A stretch of 64,000 bases of DNA from positions 98,460 to 162,459 of the forward strand of contig JAZNYX010000062.1 of assembly GCA_045594665.1 (NCBI GenBank). Reading direction: 5' to 3'. The notes under the pieces were generated by a model. That model had not been told where the DNA came from. It searched no databases and worked only from the letters and a program-made list of their open reading frames with translations. The translations under genes were made by a program, and so were the position numbers. Shown here piece after piece: positions 28,184 through 37,252 of the stretch (its first letter is position 1; the number at the start of each line of letters is the position of its first letter). The DNA comes from Clostridia bacterium (lineage in GTDB: Bacteria; Bacillota; Clostridia; UMGS1883).

Positions 28184-29506
28184 CTACACTGCTAATGTTC
28201 CCCGTTCATTTTCCAAAAGAATCTGTACGTCCTCCGTGTCTCCCGTCTGCGTGTTTACATAGATAAGAAAGTGCCGTCCCGAAACAACACCTTTAATCTG
28301 ATAACAACAAGCCTCGTTTCCGTCTTCAAGGGGAATTACCGCCATGGAAGTTTCATTAATTTCCAAATCGGGATTCACATTTTTTAAAGCGTCCTCCCGG
28401 GTAATTACAGGCTTGGGAATATTTCTGTAGGTGTGATTCATCACATATCCACGGCTTTCAAATCCGATTATTTCCCCGTCGTCAAGTGCCACCTTTACCT
28501 TGACCAAATCGGGGAAAACAATATATCCGTCCTGCTGATAAGCATAATTTATAACCACGCTTCCGCCCATATTTTCGTAGTAGCTTTCACGCATGTCATT
28601 AAATCCGTTTTCCTTTAAAAATGCGGAGGCTTTTTTCTTTGCATCGGAAACAGACAGCTTTTCTTCCTCTATATGGCGATCCTTCATAAGCATCAGAAGT
28701 ACACCGCCGTGCTTTGTATATTCCGCCACGGCAGAATCTGAATTTATGCTGTAGCAGGGGAGCTTTCCCCCGATTTCGGAAACGCTTGCTTTCTCATCGC
28801 CAATAATTTTCTTTGCTTTCTTTAATGCCTGCTTTTTCGTAAGCTCTGCCTTGCCCTTGGTTAAAAGGGATTCCTTTAAGGTAAGATGTTGTGAAAACGG
28901 CCCGTCATATATAAGGGAGGGATAGTTGTGAAACTCCTCCTCCAATGCCTCAAGCTCGCTTGCCATTGCCGTTTTTCCTCCGCTGAAAGAAGGCAGTGAG
29001 CCGTTTTCTTCGTCAAAAGAAATCTGTCCGTCGTTTATTCCTATGAGCATTTCATCAAGACCACTTTTTAAAGTGTTGGCATACTCTGAAAGCTCCTGCA
29101 TGGTTTGGATTTCTTTCTTTTCAAGCTTTTCTCCCCGAAGCATTTTTTCCGAAATACAGTTTGCATACTCTCCCACTTGGGAAAGAAATTCCGATGTTTT
29201 CTCAAGATTTCTTCCGTTTATGGGGAGAAGGGCTAAATTTGCCTTTGCACCGCTTGCCTGACTGTGTAAATCCGCGGAAAGCTTTGCCATCTGCATGGGC
29301 GTGGATACAACCTGCCCCTTACAAAGCGTTATTTCAAGGTCATCCACATATTCCGTAAGCTCGGCAAAAACCCTGTTATATTCCAAATTTCTGTGGTAAC
29401 TAAGCTCCTCGGCTCTCTTGTACTGAAACAGGGCAAACGCTGTTACAAGAAGCAGGAGCGTGGACAAAAGTAAAAATTGTCTTCGTCTTTTAATATTTTC
29501 ATGCAT
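28184..29506 (-). CDS. ypeB: PepSY-domain germination protein YpeB-like
   Basis: 440 aa; N-terminal transmembrane helix, coiled region, C-terminal PepSY-like repeats. No sleB is adjacent. Confidence 0.5.
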   Translation of the reverse strand: MHENIKRRRQFLLLSTLLLLVTAFALFQYKRAEELSYHRNLEYNRVFAELTEYVDDLEITLCKGQVVSTPMQMAKLSADLHSQASGAKANLALLPINGRNLEKTSEFLSQVGEYANCISEKMLRGEKLEKKEIQTMQELSEYANTLKSGLDEMLIGINDGQISFDEENGSLPSFSGGKTAMASELEALEEEFHNYPSLIYDGPFSQHLTLKESLLTKGKAELTKKQALKKAKKIIGDEKASVSEIGGKLPCYSINSDSAVAEYTKHGGVLLMLMKDRHIEEEKLSVSDAKKKASAFLKENGFNDMRESYYENMGGSVVINYAYQQDGYIVFPDLVKVKVALDDGEIIGFESRGYVMNHTYRNIPKPVITREDALKNVNPDLEINETSMAVIPLEDGNEACCYQIKGVVSGRHFLIYVNTQTGDTEDVQILLENERGTLAV

Positions 29507-29624
29507 TTTACTACACCTCTAAGGCTATTAATTGGCAAATTGGCAAATTTTATTCATTTGCCTTGAAAAAGAAGTTACTTTTTGCTATAATAAAAATAAG
29601 TTTTTTCCGAAAGGACCTGATAAT

Positions 29625-30827
29625 ATGAAACATGTAATCATTCTTACAGACGGTTGTGCCGATTTGCCTGTTGAAAAATTGGGCAATCTTACACCGCTTG
29701 AAAAGAGTAATACCCCCAATATGGACTATTTTGCCGCAAACGGCGATATTTATCTTGTAAAAACCGTTCCCGACTCATTAAAGCCGGGCAGTGACGTGGC
29801 AAACCTTTCCGTAATGGGATATAACCCCCTGGACTGCTATACAGGGCGTTCTCCCTTAGAAGCCGCTTCAATCGGGGTAACGCTTATGGATAATCAGACG
29901 GCGTTTCGTGCAAACCTTGTGACTCTTTCCGATGAAGAAAATTATGAAGATAAAACCATGCTTGATTATTCATCGGGGGAAATTACCACCGAGGAAAGCC
30001 GCGCCCTTATGGCTGAAATTGAAAAGGAGCTTGGCGGCGGAGACATTCATTTTTACGGCGGAGTCAGCTACAGACACCTTTTCGTGTGGGAAAATGCTCC
30101 CGAAAGCTTCACGCTGACCCCTCCCCACGATATTTCCGACAGAAAGATTAAGGATTATCTTCCCTCCGACGAGAGGATTTTGGATTTAATGAAAAAAAGC
30201 GAGAAAATCCTTAAAAACCACCCCATTAACCAAAAGAGAATTGCCGAGGGGAAAAATCCTGCCACCTCCATGTGGATTTGGGGAGAGGGAACAAAGCCTG
30301 CCCTTAATAATTTCTATGAAACCTACGGAAAAAAAGGCGCGGTTGTAAGCGCAGTTGACCTTATCAAAGGTATTGCAATTCTTGCCGGAATGAACAGCAT
30401 TGATGTTGAGGGTGCAACGGGTAACATTCACACTAATTTCGACGGCAAGGCAAAAGCCGCGGCAGACGCCCTTTTAAATGATGGTGCCGACCTTGTGTAT
30501 GTTCATCTTGAAGCTCCCGACGAATGCGGGCATCAGGGCGATGCAGAGGGAAAGGTCCGCTCATTGGAGCTTATTGACGAAAAGGTAATCGGATATATAA
30601 AGGACCGCCTCGAGGAAGCAGGCGAAGATTATGCCTTTTTGGTAATGCCCGATCACCCCACACCCATTGCCACAAAGACACACAGCCGCAAGCCGGTTCC
30701 CTGCGTGATTTATAAAAAGGGTGATAATAACGGAAATAATATCCGTTTCATTGAAAAGGATGCCGAAGAACACGGCACGGTTATCTCCGAAGGCTATAAA
30801 ATTATGAGTATTTTTCTTAATAAATGA
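29625..30827 (+). CDS. apgM: cofactor-independent phosphoglycerate mutase, archaeal-type (ApgM family metalloenzyme)
   Basis: MKHVIILTDGCADLP... metalloenzyme-superfamily pattern. The ORF-track start at 29532 is an upstream extension. Confidence 0.7.
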   Translation: MKHVIILTDGCADLPVEKLGNLTPLEKSNTPNMDYFAANGDIYLVKTVPDSLKPGSDVANLSVMGYNPLDCYTGRSPLEAASIGVTLMDNQTAFRANLVTLSDEENYEDKTMLDYSSGEITTEESRALMAEIEKELGGGDIHFYGGVSYRHLFVWENAPESFTLTPPHDISDRKIKDYLPSDERILDLMKKSEKILKNHPINQKRIAEGKNPATSMWIWGEGTKPALNNFYETYGKKGAVVSAVDLIKGIAILAGMNSIDVEGATGNIHTNFDGKAKAAADALLNDGADLVYVHLEAPDECGHQGDAEGKVRSLELIDEKVIGYIKDRLEEAGEDYAFLVMPDHPTPIATKTHSRKPVPCVIYKKGDNNGNNIRFIEKDAEEHGTVISEGYKIMSIFLNK

Positions 30828-30850
30828 TTAAACCTTTCCTTAAAGGCGTA

Positions 30851-30897
30851 AAATAGAGAATGTAGAAAATTTTGTTTTTTACATTCTCTATTTTTTT
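30851..30897 (+). terminator. rho-independent terminator after apgM
   Basis: aaatagagaatgtagaaaattttgttttttacattctctattttttt. Confidence 0.65.
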
Positions 30898-30944
30898 GTA
30901 CAAACGTAGGGGCGGTTCATGAACCGCCCGCGGGGCATTCGTGA

Positions 30945-32060
30945 ATGCCCCCTACAACAAATTTCGCATTACCGGGAGGTTTTCTTTTGAAACTTATTTC
31001 ATTTAAAACTTTACGTTCCCTTTTTATCGATTTCATCATTTTTTTAGTGCCTGTTTTGCTTCTTATTTGGGCTTTTCCGTATATCTTCAGTATTTTATCT
31101 CCGTTTATAACGGCGTTTTTTCTTTATCTTGCGGCAAATCCCCTAAATAAGCTTCTCAGGAGGAATCATTTAAATCCCACGCTGTCCTCCCTCTTATCCC
31201 TTATTCTGATTTCCTCGGTGTTTTTTATTGTACTTCGTTTCCTTTTAATCACACTTATAAGCGAGCTTTCCTCCCTTGCCGAGAACATAAACTTCTTAAG
31301 CACAGGCACATTTCCCGACATTACGGAAAAAGTATCGGTATTAATTGAAAGAAGCTCCCTGCCCCGAATAGTAAAAACCTCCTCCGACACGTTCCTTCCC
31401 ACGCTTTTTAACGCAGTCCGCGATAATCTTGTACACTTTTTAAAAACGGCAGGGGCTTTTCTTATTGATATTATAAAGAATATCCCCGCTATGGTTATAT
31501 GGCTTTTTACCACCATATTTACAACATTTTTCCTTTTAAAAGAAGAAGACGGTATTGCCTCCTTTTCAAAGGATTTTTTCGGTGAAAAGGTATGCCGCGG
31601 TTTTATGAAAATCAAAAATTCTTTTCTTTCCGTTACATTTTCATATATTAAGGCACAGCTTATTATAGAATCAATTATTTTCGCGGTGCTTTTTACGGGC
31701 TTTTTGCTCCTTAAGATTGATTTTGCCTTTCTTCTGGCACTTATTACGGCGGTTGTGGACGCCGTACCCATTTTAGGCACGGGAACAATTCTTATCCCTT
31801 TTTCCTTGTTCAATTTCGTTTTGGGGGAATACTCCCTGGGCTGGGGGGTTTTGATTCTGTACGGAATCGCAATGGCAACAAGGCAACTGTGCGAGCCTAA
31901 AATCCTTGGAACAAAATTAGGCGTTCACCCTCTTTTCACAGTTTTCTCCATGTATTCGGGAATGAAGCTTTTCGGAATTGCAGGACTTATTTTCGGACCC
32001 ATTGCCGCCATTCTCATAAAAAATCTGATTTCTCCCCGACATGAAAAAGCCTCTTTATAA
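30945..32060 (+). CDS. AI-2E family transporter (YtvI/PerM-like sporulation integral membrane protein); start uncertain
   Basis: ~370 aa, 8 transmembrane helices, ending in the conserved GLIFGPIAAILIKNL motif of the AI-2E family. Confidence 0.65.
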   Translation: MPPTTNFALPGGFLLKLISFKTLRSLFIDFIIFLVPVLLLIWAFPYIFSILSPFITAFFLYLAANPLNKLLRRNHLNPTLSSLLSLILISSVFFIVLRFLLITLISELSSLAENINFLSTGTFPDITEKVSVLIERSSLPRIVKTSSDTFLPTLFNAVRDNLVHFLKTAGAFLIDIIKNIPAMVIWLFTTIFTTFFLLKEEDGIASFSKDFFGEKVCRGFMKIKNSFLSVTFSYIKAQLIIESIIFAVLFTGFLLLKIDFAFLLALITAVVDAVPILGTGTILIPFSLFNFVLGEYSLGWGVLILYGIAMATRQLCEPKILGTKLGVHPLFTVFSMYSGMKLFGIAGLIFGPIAAILIKNLISPRHEKASL

Positions 32061-32079
32061 ATGATACATCCGCAACTTG

Positions 32080-32130
32080 AATAAAAGCCGATACTTACTG
32101 TTTTATTCAGTAAGTATCGGCTTTTATTCA
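32080..32130. terminator. bidirectional terminator marking the left border of the AT-rich island
   Basis: aataaaagccgatacttactg-ttttatt-cagtaagtatcggcttttatt. Confidence 0.65.
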
Positions 32131-32145
32131 AGTATTATTTTCTCA

Positions 32146-32788
32146 CTATTTTTTAAATACAAATAAATATTCGTGTGCAATAAGTAGAAAATTATATTTT
32201 ACACTATTTGTCTTCCAATATCCCGTTGCCTTACAATTATGCTGCTCTTTTATAATAAGTTCTTTCAATTTAAATCCTGCATCTTCAAACATACGCATAA
32301 CATCGAAAGACATTGGTATCATATGACCTTTTTGCCTTGTATCACCCATAAGCACTGCACAAAACTTGTCTTTTTTTAGCACACGATAACTCTCTGTTGC
32401 CACTTTCTTCATTTCTTCAAGAAAGTCCTTTACTTTTAATTGCGACAAATCACCCTCAATGCCATCACTATACTTAATAATATCGGCATATGGCGGATGA
32501 GTACATATCAAATCTATGCTCTCCTCAGGAACAAAATCAAGATTCCTTGCATCACCTTTTTTGATATACACCTTTCCCCTTGCAGGTTCGTAATCAAATG
32601 TCGTTTTTTCTCTGCATCGCTCAAGTGCAGTGTCATTTACATCTACACCAATTATATCACGATTTAAAAGTTTTGCTTCTATAAGAGTTGTACCGCCTCC
32701 GGCAAATTGATCAAGAACCAAATCCCCCTCTTGCGAATATCGTAAAATAATATTTCTTGGTATGTATGGAGACCAATTGCCTCGCCAT
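32146..32788 (-). CDS. small DNA methyltransferase (N6_N4_Mtase fold) with motif I before motif IV (permuted relative to DpnA-type); catalytic motif reads HPPY
   Basis: Extended manually upstream of the ORF-track TTG start to the ATG at 32788 (in-frame TGA at 32798-32800). IHTRKYYFTIFARGDLVLDQFAGGGTT matches the motif X/I helix. SIDLICTHPPYADII...FCAVLMGD...FKLKELII matches the motif IV-VIII half of DpnA-like enzymes. Confidence 0.6.
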
Positions 32789-32790
32789 TG

Positions 32791-32994
32791 CTATATTTCA
32801 ATCCAATCAGGTTTTTCTCTACATGGTGTCACGACAGCCATATGTTTATGCTGAACTTCTCCCGGTTCTAATATAAATTCTCCTTCGTTATACTTTTGGC
32901 GTGCAATCTCTATAGCTTTCTCCTCGTTTTCTGCAATAACTTCAAATTCATCTACAACAGTTTCTTCTATTGCAATAGTATATTTTTTCATCAT
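32791..32994 (-). CDS. DpnD/PcfM-like small protein (function unknown)
   Basis: 67 aa; MKKYTIAIEETVVDEFEVIAENEEKAIEIARQKYNEGEFILEPGEV follows the DpnD/PcfM pattern as I recall it. Confidence 0.45.
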   Translation of the reverse strand: MMKKYTIAIEETVVDEFEVIAENEEKAIEIARQKYNEGEFILEPGEVQHKHMAVVTPCREKPDWIEI

Positions 32995-33701
32995 ATCACT
33001 CTTTCGATTATCCTGTTTTCAATATCATATTGTGTCATTAAAGCGTCGTAATTTACAAAACTAACAATATCTTTTATAGGTGCATATATTGAAGAATTTA
33101 TAATATCATCAAATTGATGTTTTCTTTCTTTAGCAGCTACAATATAAAATTTTGCTCTAAAATCTTGTAATTCGTAGAACTTGTTCAATGAATTTTTAAT
33201 ATCAGTTGAGTGTTCTACTTCGTAAAAAGCACAAGGCATTTTTCGTTCGTTAAACCAAATCGTGTCAACCGTTTTTGCTTTTCTTAAAATTTCGGGATAT
33301 GTAAAATCATAAATCTTATCCGTTGTGGTTATCTCTGATAACTTCGTTTCTAAAAACAATTTGTTTTTATCTTGAGGTGGTACATAAGTATCAAATTTTC
33401 TTAAATTACCTATTTTAACAATAATTCCTTGAAAATATGAATGTGTAAATTCATTTATGCTATTTTCATTTTTAGTATCAATTTTAAATTTTTCTAAAAC
33501 AACCTTTTCATATTCTTTTAATGCCCACAACCCCGATTGCACCCTAAAAAATTCATCATTTGTTTGTACAATTCTTCTTATGGATGCAAAAGGTGTTTTT
33601 GTTCCCCATGTAGAAAAATCTACTAATCCATTCAATTGCTGAAATGTGGCATATCCACCATTTTTCTTCATTGCCTCTATAACATATTCTTTTTGTTTCA
33701 T
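32991..33701 (-). CDS. putative restriction endonuclease: N-terminal HARE-HTH winged helix plus C-terminal nuclease-like domain
   Basis: N-terminus VIEAMKKNGGYATFQQLNGLVDFSTWGTKTPFASIRRIVQTNDEFFRVQSGLWALKEY matches the HARE-HTH pattern as I recall it. C-terminal part has acidic/lysine clusters (VDTIWFNERK, YEVEHSTD) compatible with a PD-(D/E)xK-type site. Confidence 0.45.
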   Translation of the reverse strand: MKQKEYVIEAMKKNGGYATFQQLNGLVDFSTWGTKTPFASIRRIVQTNDEFFRVQSGLWALKEYEKVVLEKFKIDTKNENSINEFTHSYFQGIIVKIGNLRKFDTYVPPQDKNKLFLETKLSEITTTDKIYDFTYPEILRKAKTVDTIWFNERKMPCAFYEVEHSTDIKNSLNKFYELQDFRAKFYIVAAKERKHQFDDIINSSIYAPIKDIVSFVNYDALMTQYDIENRIIERVI

Positions 33702-34648
33702 AGAAAAAGTACTCCATTTCCATCTGAATTGCTAACAACCATTTTAGCACCTTTTTTGTGCATACATTCAACAAATTCAGCAAGTTCAATTTGTTCTTTG
33801 TCATTAAACAAACCCTCTGTATATGCGGTGAAGCTTGCTGTCTCCGTTAAAGGTCTGTAAGGAGGATCAAAATAAACAAAAGTATGCTCATCAATGAACG
33901 CTGCGGATTCTCTATAATCTCCACAAACAATTTTAACATTTTGAAGTTTCCCAGATACAGCTCTTAGATTCTTTTCATCACATATGAGAGGCTTTTTATA
34001 AGAACCCATGGGAACATTAAAGAGACCTTTTTTATTCACTCTAAACAATCCGTTAAAGCAAGTTTTGTTAAGGAATATCATCAACGCTGCTTTTTCAATA
34101 TTTTCAGTCTCGTTACCATTAACTTTCAAACCATTAAATCTATCTCTTTTTGCCATATAGTATGACTTTCTATTTTCTGTTTCAAGAGGAACATACTCTC
34201 TTTGGTATTTTTCAAGCAACTCTATAAGTTCCCCAATATGCTCTCTTATGATAACATAGGTATTTATGAGTTCAGCATTTATATCGCTAATGTAAATCTG
34301 TTCCAAGTCATATTTGCTGAGAATGTCAAAAAGCACAGCACCGCCTCCGACAAATGGCTCCGCATACTTTGTAATAGTACCATTATCAAAAGGATAATAT
34401 TTTTCAATTTCTTTCAAGAGTTGTCCTTTACCGCCTGCCCATTTTAGGAAAGGCTTCACACATTTTTCATCAGTAGCGTTATGTCTTGTACTTCTTGCAT
34501 CACTAGGTTTCTCAGCACTTATAGGAATCAGCCACATATTGCCTAACATTTGAGCATTTGCTATTCTATTTTTAGAACAGAGAACAGCTACACGCCTTTG
34601 GGAGATACCCCACTTATCAGCAGCTTCTCTTGCAGACATAACTTCCAT
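33698..34648 (-). CDS. Dam-family (D12 class) N6-adenine DNA methyltransferase with an N-terminal excisionase-like HTH
   Basis: FLKWAGGKGQLL (motif I) and VYFDPPY (motif IV) of the MethyltransfD12 family. The first ~55 aa (MSAREAADKWGISQRRVAVLCSKNRIANAQMLGNMWLIPI) look like an HTH_17-type DNA-binding domain. Confidence 0.7.
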   Translation of the reverse strand: MEVMSAREAADKWGISQRRVAVLCSKNRIANAQMLGNMWLIPISAEKPSDARSTRHNATDEKCVKPFLKWAGGKGQLLKEIEKYYPFDNGTITKYAEPFVGGGAVLFDILSKYDLEQIYISDINAELINTYVIIREHIGELIELLEKYQREYVPLETENRKSYYMAKRDRFNGLKVNGNETENIEKAALMIFLNKTCFNGLFRVNKKGLFNVPMGSYKKPLICDEKNLRAVSGKLQNVKIVCGDYRESAAFIDEHTFVYFDPPYRPLTETASFTAYTEGLFNDKEQIELAEFVECMHKKGAKMVVSNSDGNGVLFL

Positions 34649-34808
34649 AAAACTAAACTCCTTATCCTTTATTAACTATATTATATTCTAAAGCTCGAAT
34701 AAAAGCAATACCATTTTAATTTTTTTCACAAAAATGCGAACATTTGTTTGCATTTTTTATTTTTTTGTGCTATACTGTTTCTACAACACTGAAAAAGAGG
34801 TGTATTCT

Positions 34809-36122
34809 ATGGAGCTTATGGAGAAACTCAAGATTCTTGCAGACAGTGCCAAATACGATGCCTCCTGTTCTTCAAGCGGAAGCTCGCGCACTACAGATTA
34901 CGGAGGCATTGGCTCGCCCACTGCGGCAGGCTGCTGCCACGCCTTTTCCGCAGACGGCAGATGCATTTCCCTTTTAAAGGTGCTGTTTACAAACTATTGC
35001 ATCAATGATTGCAAATATTGCCACAACCGAATTTCCAACGACATTCCCAGGGCAACGTTTACTCCCGAAGAACTGTCGGAGCTGTGTATTGATTTTTACA
35101 GGCGTAATTATATAGAGGGTCTTTTTCTAAGCTCGGGAATCATAAAATCCCCCGACTATACGGCGGAGCTTCTCCTTAAAACATTGCAGCTTCTCCGCTT
35201 TAAATACGGGTTTAACGGATATATCCATGTAAAAGGGATTCCCGGAGCCTCGGAAAGGCTCATCCGTGAAATAGGCTTTCTTGCCGACAGAATGAGCGTC
35301 AACATTGAGCTTCCCAGCGAAAAGGGGCTAAGGCTTTTAGCTCCGCAGAAAACCAGGGAAAGCGTGCTTTCTCCCATGAAGCTTATAAAGGAAACAATTT
35401 CCGAGGTAACGGAGACTTCCCTTATCACACGACACAAACAGCATTTTGTCCCTGCAGGGCAAAGCACTCAAATGATAATCGGCGCAACGGGCGATTCCGA
35501 CCATCATATTTTAAGCTTAACACAGGCTCTTTATAATAAATATGCCCTTAAAAGAGTGTATTTTTCCGCATATATCCCCGTAGGCAACCACCCTGCACTG
35601 CCAAAGGATATTCCTCCTCCGCTTCTTCGGGAGCACAGACTTTACCAAGCTGACTGGCTCATGCGTTTCTATGGCTTTGAGGCAAAAGAAATTCTTGACG
35701 AGGGGGAGTCCTTTGACCCTCTTTTGGACCCTAAATGCAACTGGGCAATGAAAAACATTCACCTTTTCCCCGTGGAAATAAACACAGCCCCCTATGAAAT
35801 GCTCCTGAGGGTGCCGGGAATAGGCGTTGTCAGTGCCAAAAGGATATATCGGGCAAGAAAAGTATGCACTCTTGATTTTGAGGATTTGAAAAAACTGCGT
35901 GTTGTCCTAAAAAGGGCGGCGTACTTTATTACCTGCAAGGGGAAATACATGTATAACTCATTCAAAATGAACGAAGCCTTTATCTATGATTCCCTGGTGC
36001 ATACAAGCCCAATGCTTGAATCGGTAAGAAGGATGCAGCAGCTTTCATTTTTTGACGGAAGCTACGACCATCTTCTGCCTCCGCCTGTCGAGAGGCTTAC
36101 GGCAGTTTCGGGACAACTATAA
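34809..36122 (+). CDS. putative DNA modification/repair radical SAM protein (TIGR03916-like)
   Basis: MELMEKLKILADSAKYDASC... N-terminus and radical-SAM cysteine triad (CINDCKYCHN). Paired with the downstream DUF4130 gene, as is typical of this family. Confidence 0.7.
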   Translation: MELMEKLKILADSAKYDASCSSSGSSRTTDYGGIGSPTAAGCCHAFSADGRCISLLKVLFTNYCINDCKYCHNRISNDIPRATFTPEELSELCIDFYRRNYIEGLFLSSGIIKSPDYTAELLLKTLQLLRFKYGFNGYIHVKGIPGASERLIREIGFLADRMSVNIELPSEKGLRLLAPQKTRESVLSPMKLIKETISEVTETSLITRHKQHFVPAGQSTQMIIGATGDSDHHILSLTQALYNKYALKRVYFSAYIPVGNHPALPKDIPPPLLREHRLYQADWLMRFYGFEAKEILDEGESFDPLLDPKCNWAMKNIHLFPVEINTAPYEMLLRVPGIGVVSAKRIYRARKVCTLDFEDLKKLRVVLKRAAYFITCKGKYMYNSFKMNEAFIYDSLVHTSPMLESVRRMQQLSFFDGSYDHLLPPPVERLTAVSGQL

Positions 36123-36196
36123 TAAATGCGGAGTGCGGAATTATAATTATGAAACAGGATAATACATTTCAGTTTTAATGAAAAGGGGTGATTTTT

Positions 36197-36964
36197 ATGA
36201 ATTACAGTGAAATAACAGACAATTCTTCAATTTATTATCTTTATGACGGGAGCTTTGACGGGCTTTTAACTGTGGTGTATCAGGCAGTTTATTCCCGGAT
36301 AACTCCCTGTGGGATAGGCACGGAGAAAAACCTCCAGCTTAGCTTTGGCACCCGTTACGCAGAGGTAATTACAAACAAAAATTATGCACGCAGGGTGTAC
36401 AGTGCACTTTATAAAAAAATAGGCTCTTTCGGGCTTCGCCGCATTTACTACATTTTTTTAAGCAACGACAGCCAAAAGGACCTCATTATATACAAATATA
36501 TGATGCTGGGCTTTAAAAACGGACAAAAGACCAATTCAGCTCTTTCCGACGATACAGTTTCCGCCGCATTTCAGATTGCACAGAATGTTTCACGTGAAAC
36601 AGAGAAATATCGTCAGTTCACACGGTTTAGCGTTATGGATTGGGGTGTTCAATATGCCAAGATAACTCCTCAAAACAACCTTCTGCCTGTTCTTACCCCG
36701 TTTTTTATACAGCGGCTTAAGGTTATTCCCTTTGTTCTGCACGATGCCACGCATAACCTTTGTGCCGTCTATGACACCAAGGACTGGCATGTTTCCTCCA
36801 GCGAGGGGCTAACTTCGCCCTCTAAAAGCACCCGTGAAGAAGATGTGGAAAAGCTTTGGAAAACCTTTTTTGATGCCATCGCCATAAAAGAAAGATACAA
36901 CACCAAGCTTCAAAAACAAAACATGCCGTCGGTGTACTTCAAAAGCGTATGGAGCATAAGATAA
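36197..36964 (+). CDS. DUF4130 probable DNA-metabolism protein (TIGR03915-like partner of the radical SAM enzyme)
   Basis: 256 aa, YLYDGSFDGLLTVVYQA... Conserved partner of TIGR03916 radical-SAM proteins. AAAGGGG ribosome-binding site before the ATG at 36197. Confidence 0.6.
   Translation: MNYSEITDNSSIYYLYDGSFDGLLTVVYQAVYSRITPCGIGTEKNLQLSFGTRYAEVITNKNYARRVYSALYKKIGSFGLRRIYYIFLSNDSQKDLIIYKYMMLGFKNGQKTNSALSDDTVSAAFQIAQNVSRETEKYRQFTRFSVMDWGVQYAKITPQNNLLPVLTPFFIQRLKVIPFVLHDATHNLCAVYDTKDWHVSSSEGLTSPSKSTREEDVEKLWKTFFDAIAIKERYNTKLQKQNMPSVYFKSVWSIR
36586..36601. promoter_or_regulatory. parS centromere-like site (perfect TGTTTCACGTGAAACA) inside the DUF4130 gene
   Basis: Exact 16-bp palindromic consensus. 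Confidence 0.85.
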
Positions 36965-37056
36965 ATGGGGATGTAAAAAAACTCCAGACCGCAAAAAGGC
37001 AACTAAAATACAAAATACAGATGTCTTAATAATTAAAGAATCCAATATTATTGTTG

Positions 37057-37180
37057 AAAAACCGTATAACTACGGTTTTTCTTCGTTTGAAGCCTTTTTG
37101 CTACGAACAAACTTCACCTCTCGCTGTATACACATACAGCTTCGGGCAAGCCCCTTCGGGGTTCAGTTTGTCCGTTCTGG
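37057..37180 (-). ncRNA. family-1 structured element, copy E (minus strand)
   Basis: Minus-strand reading cagaaCGGACAAACtgaa-[ccccgaagggg]-cttgCCCGAAGC-[ctgtatgtgtatacag]-CGAGAGGTGAAG-TTTGTTCG-TAGCAAAAAGgct, followed by hairpin aaaaaccgtagttatacggttttt. Confidence 0.55.
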
Positions 37181-37206
37181 AGCCTTTTTTCCTATCCCCA
37201 ACAAAA

Positions 37207-37241
37207 AGAGGTGTAAAAAAGTCAGACTTTTTTACACCTCT
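37207..37241. terminator. bidirectional terminator; terminates serS on the minus strand
   Basis: agaggtgtaaaaaagtc-agac-ttttttacacctct with T runs on both sides. Confidence 0.65.
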
Positions 37242-37252
37242 TTTTATTTTTT

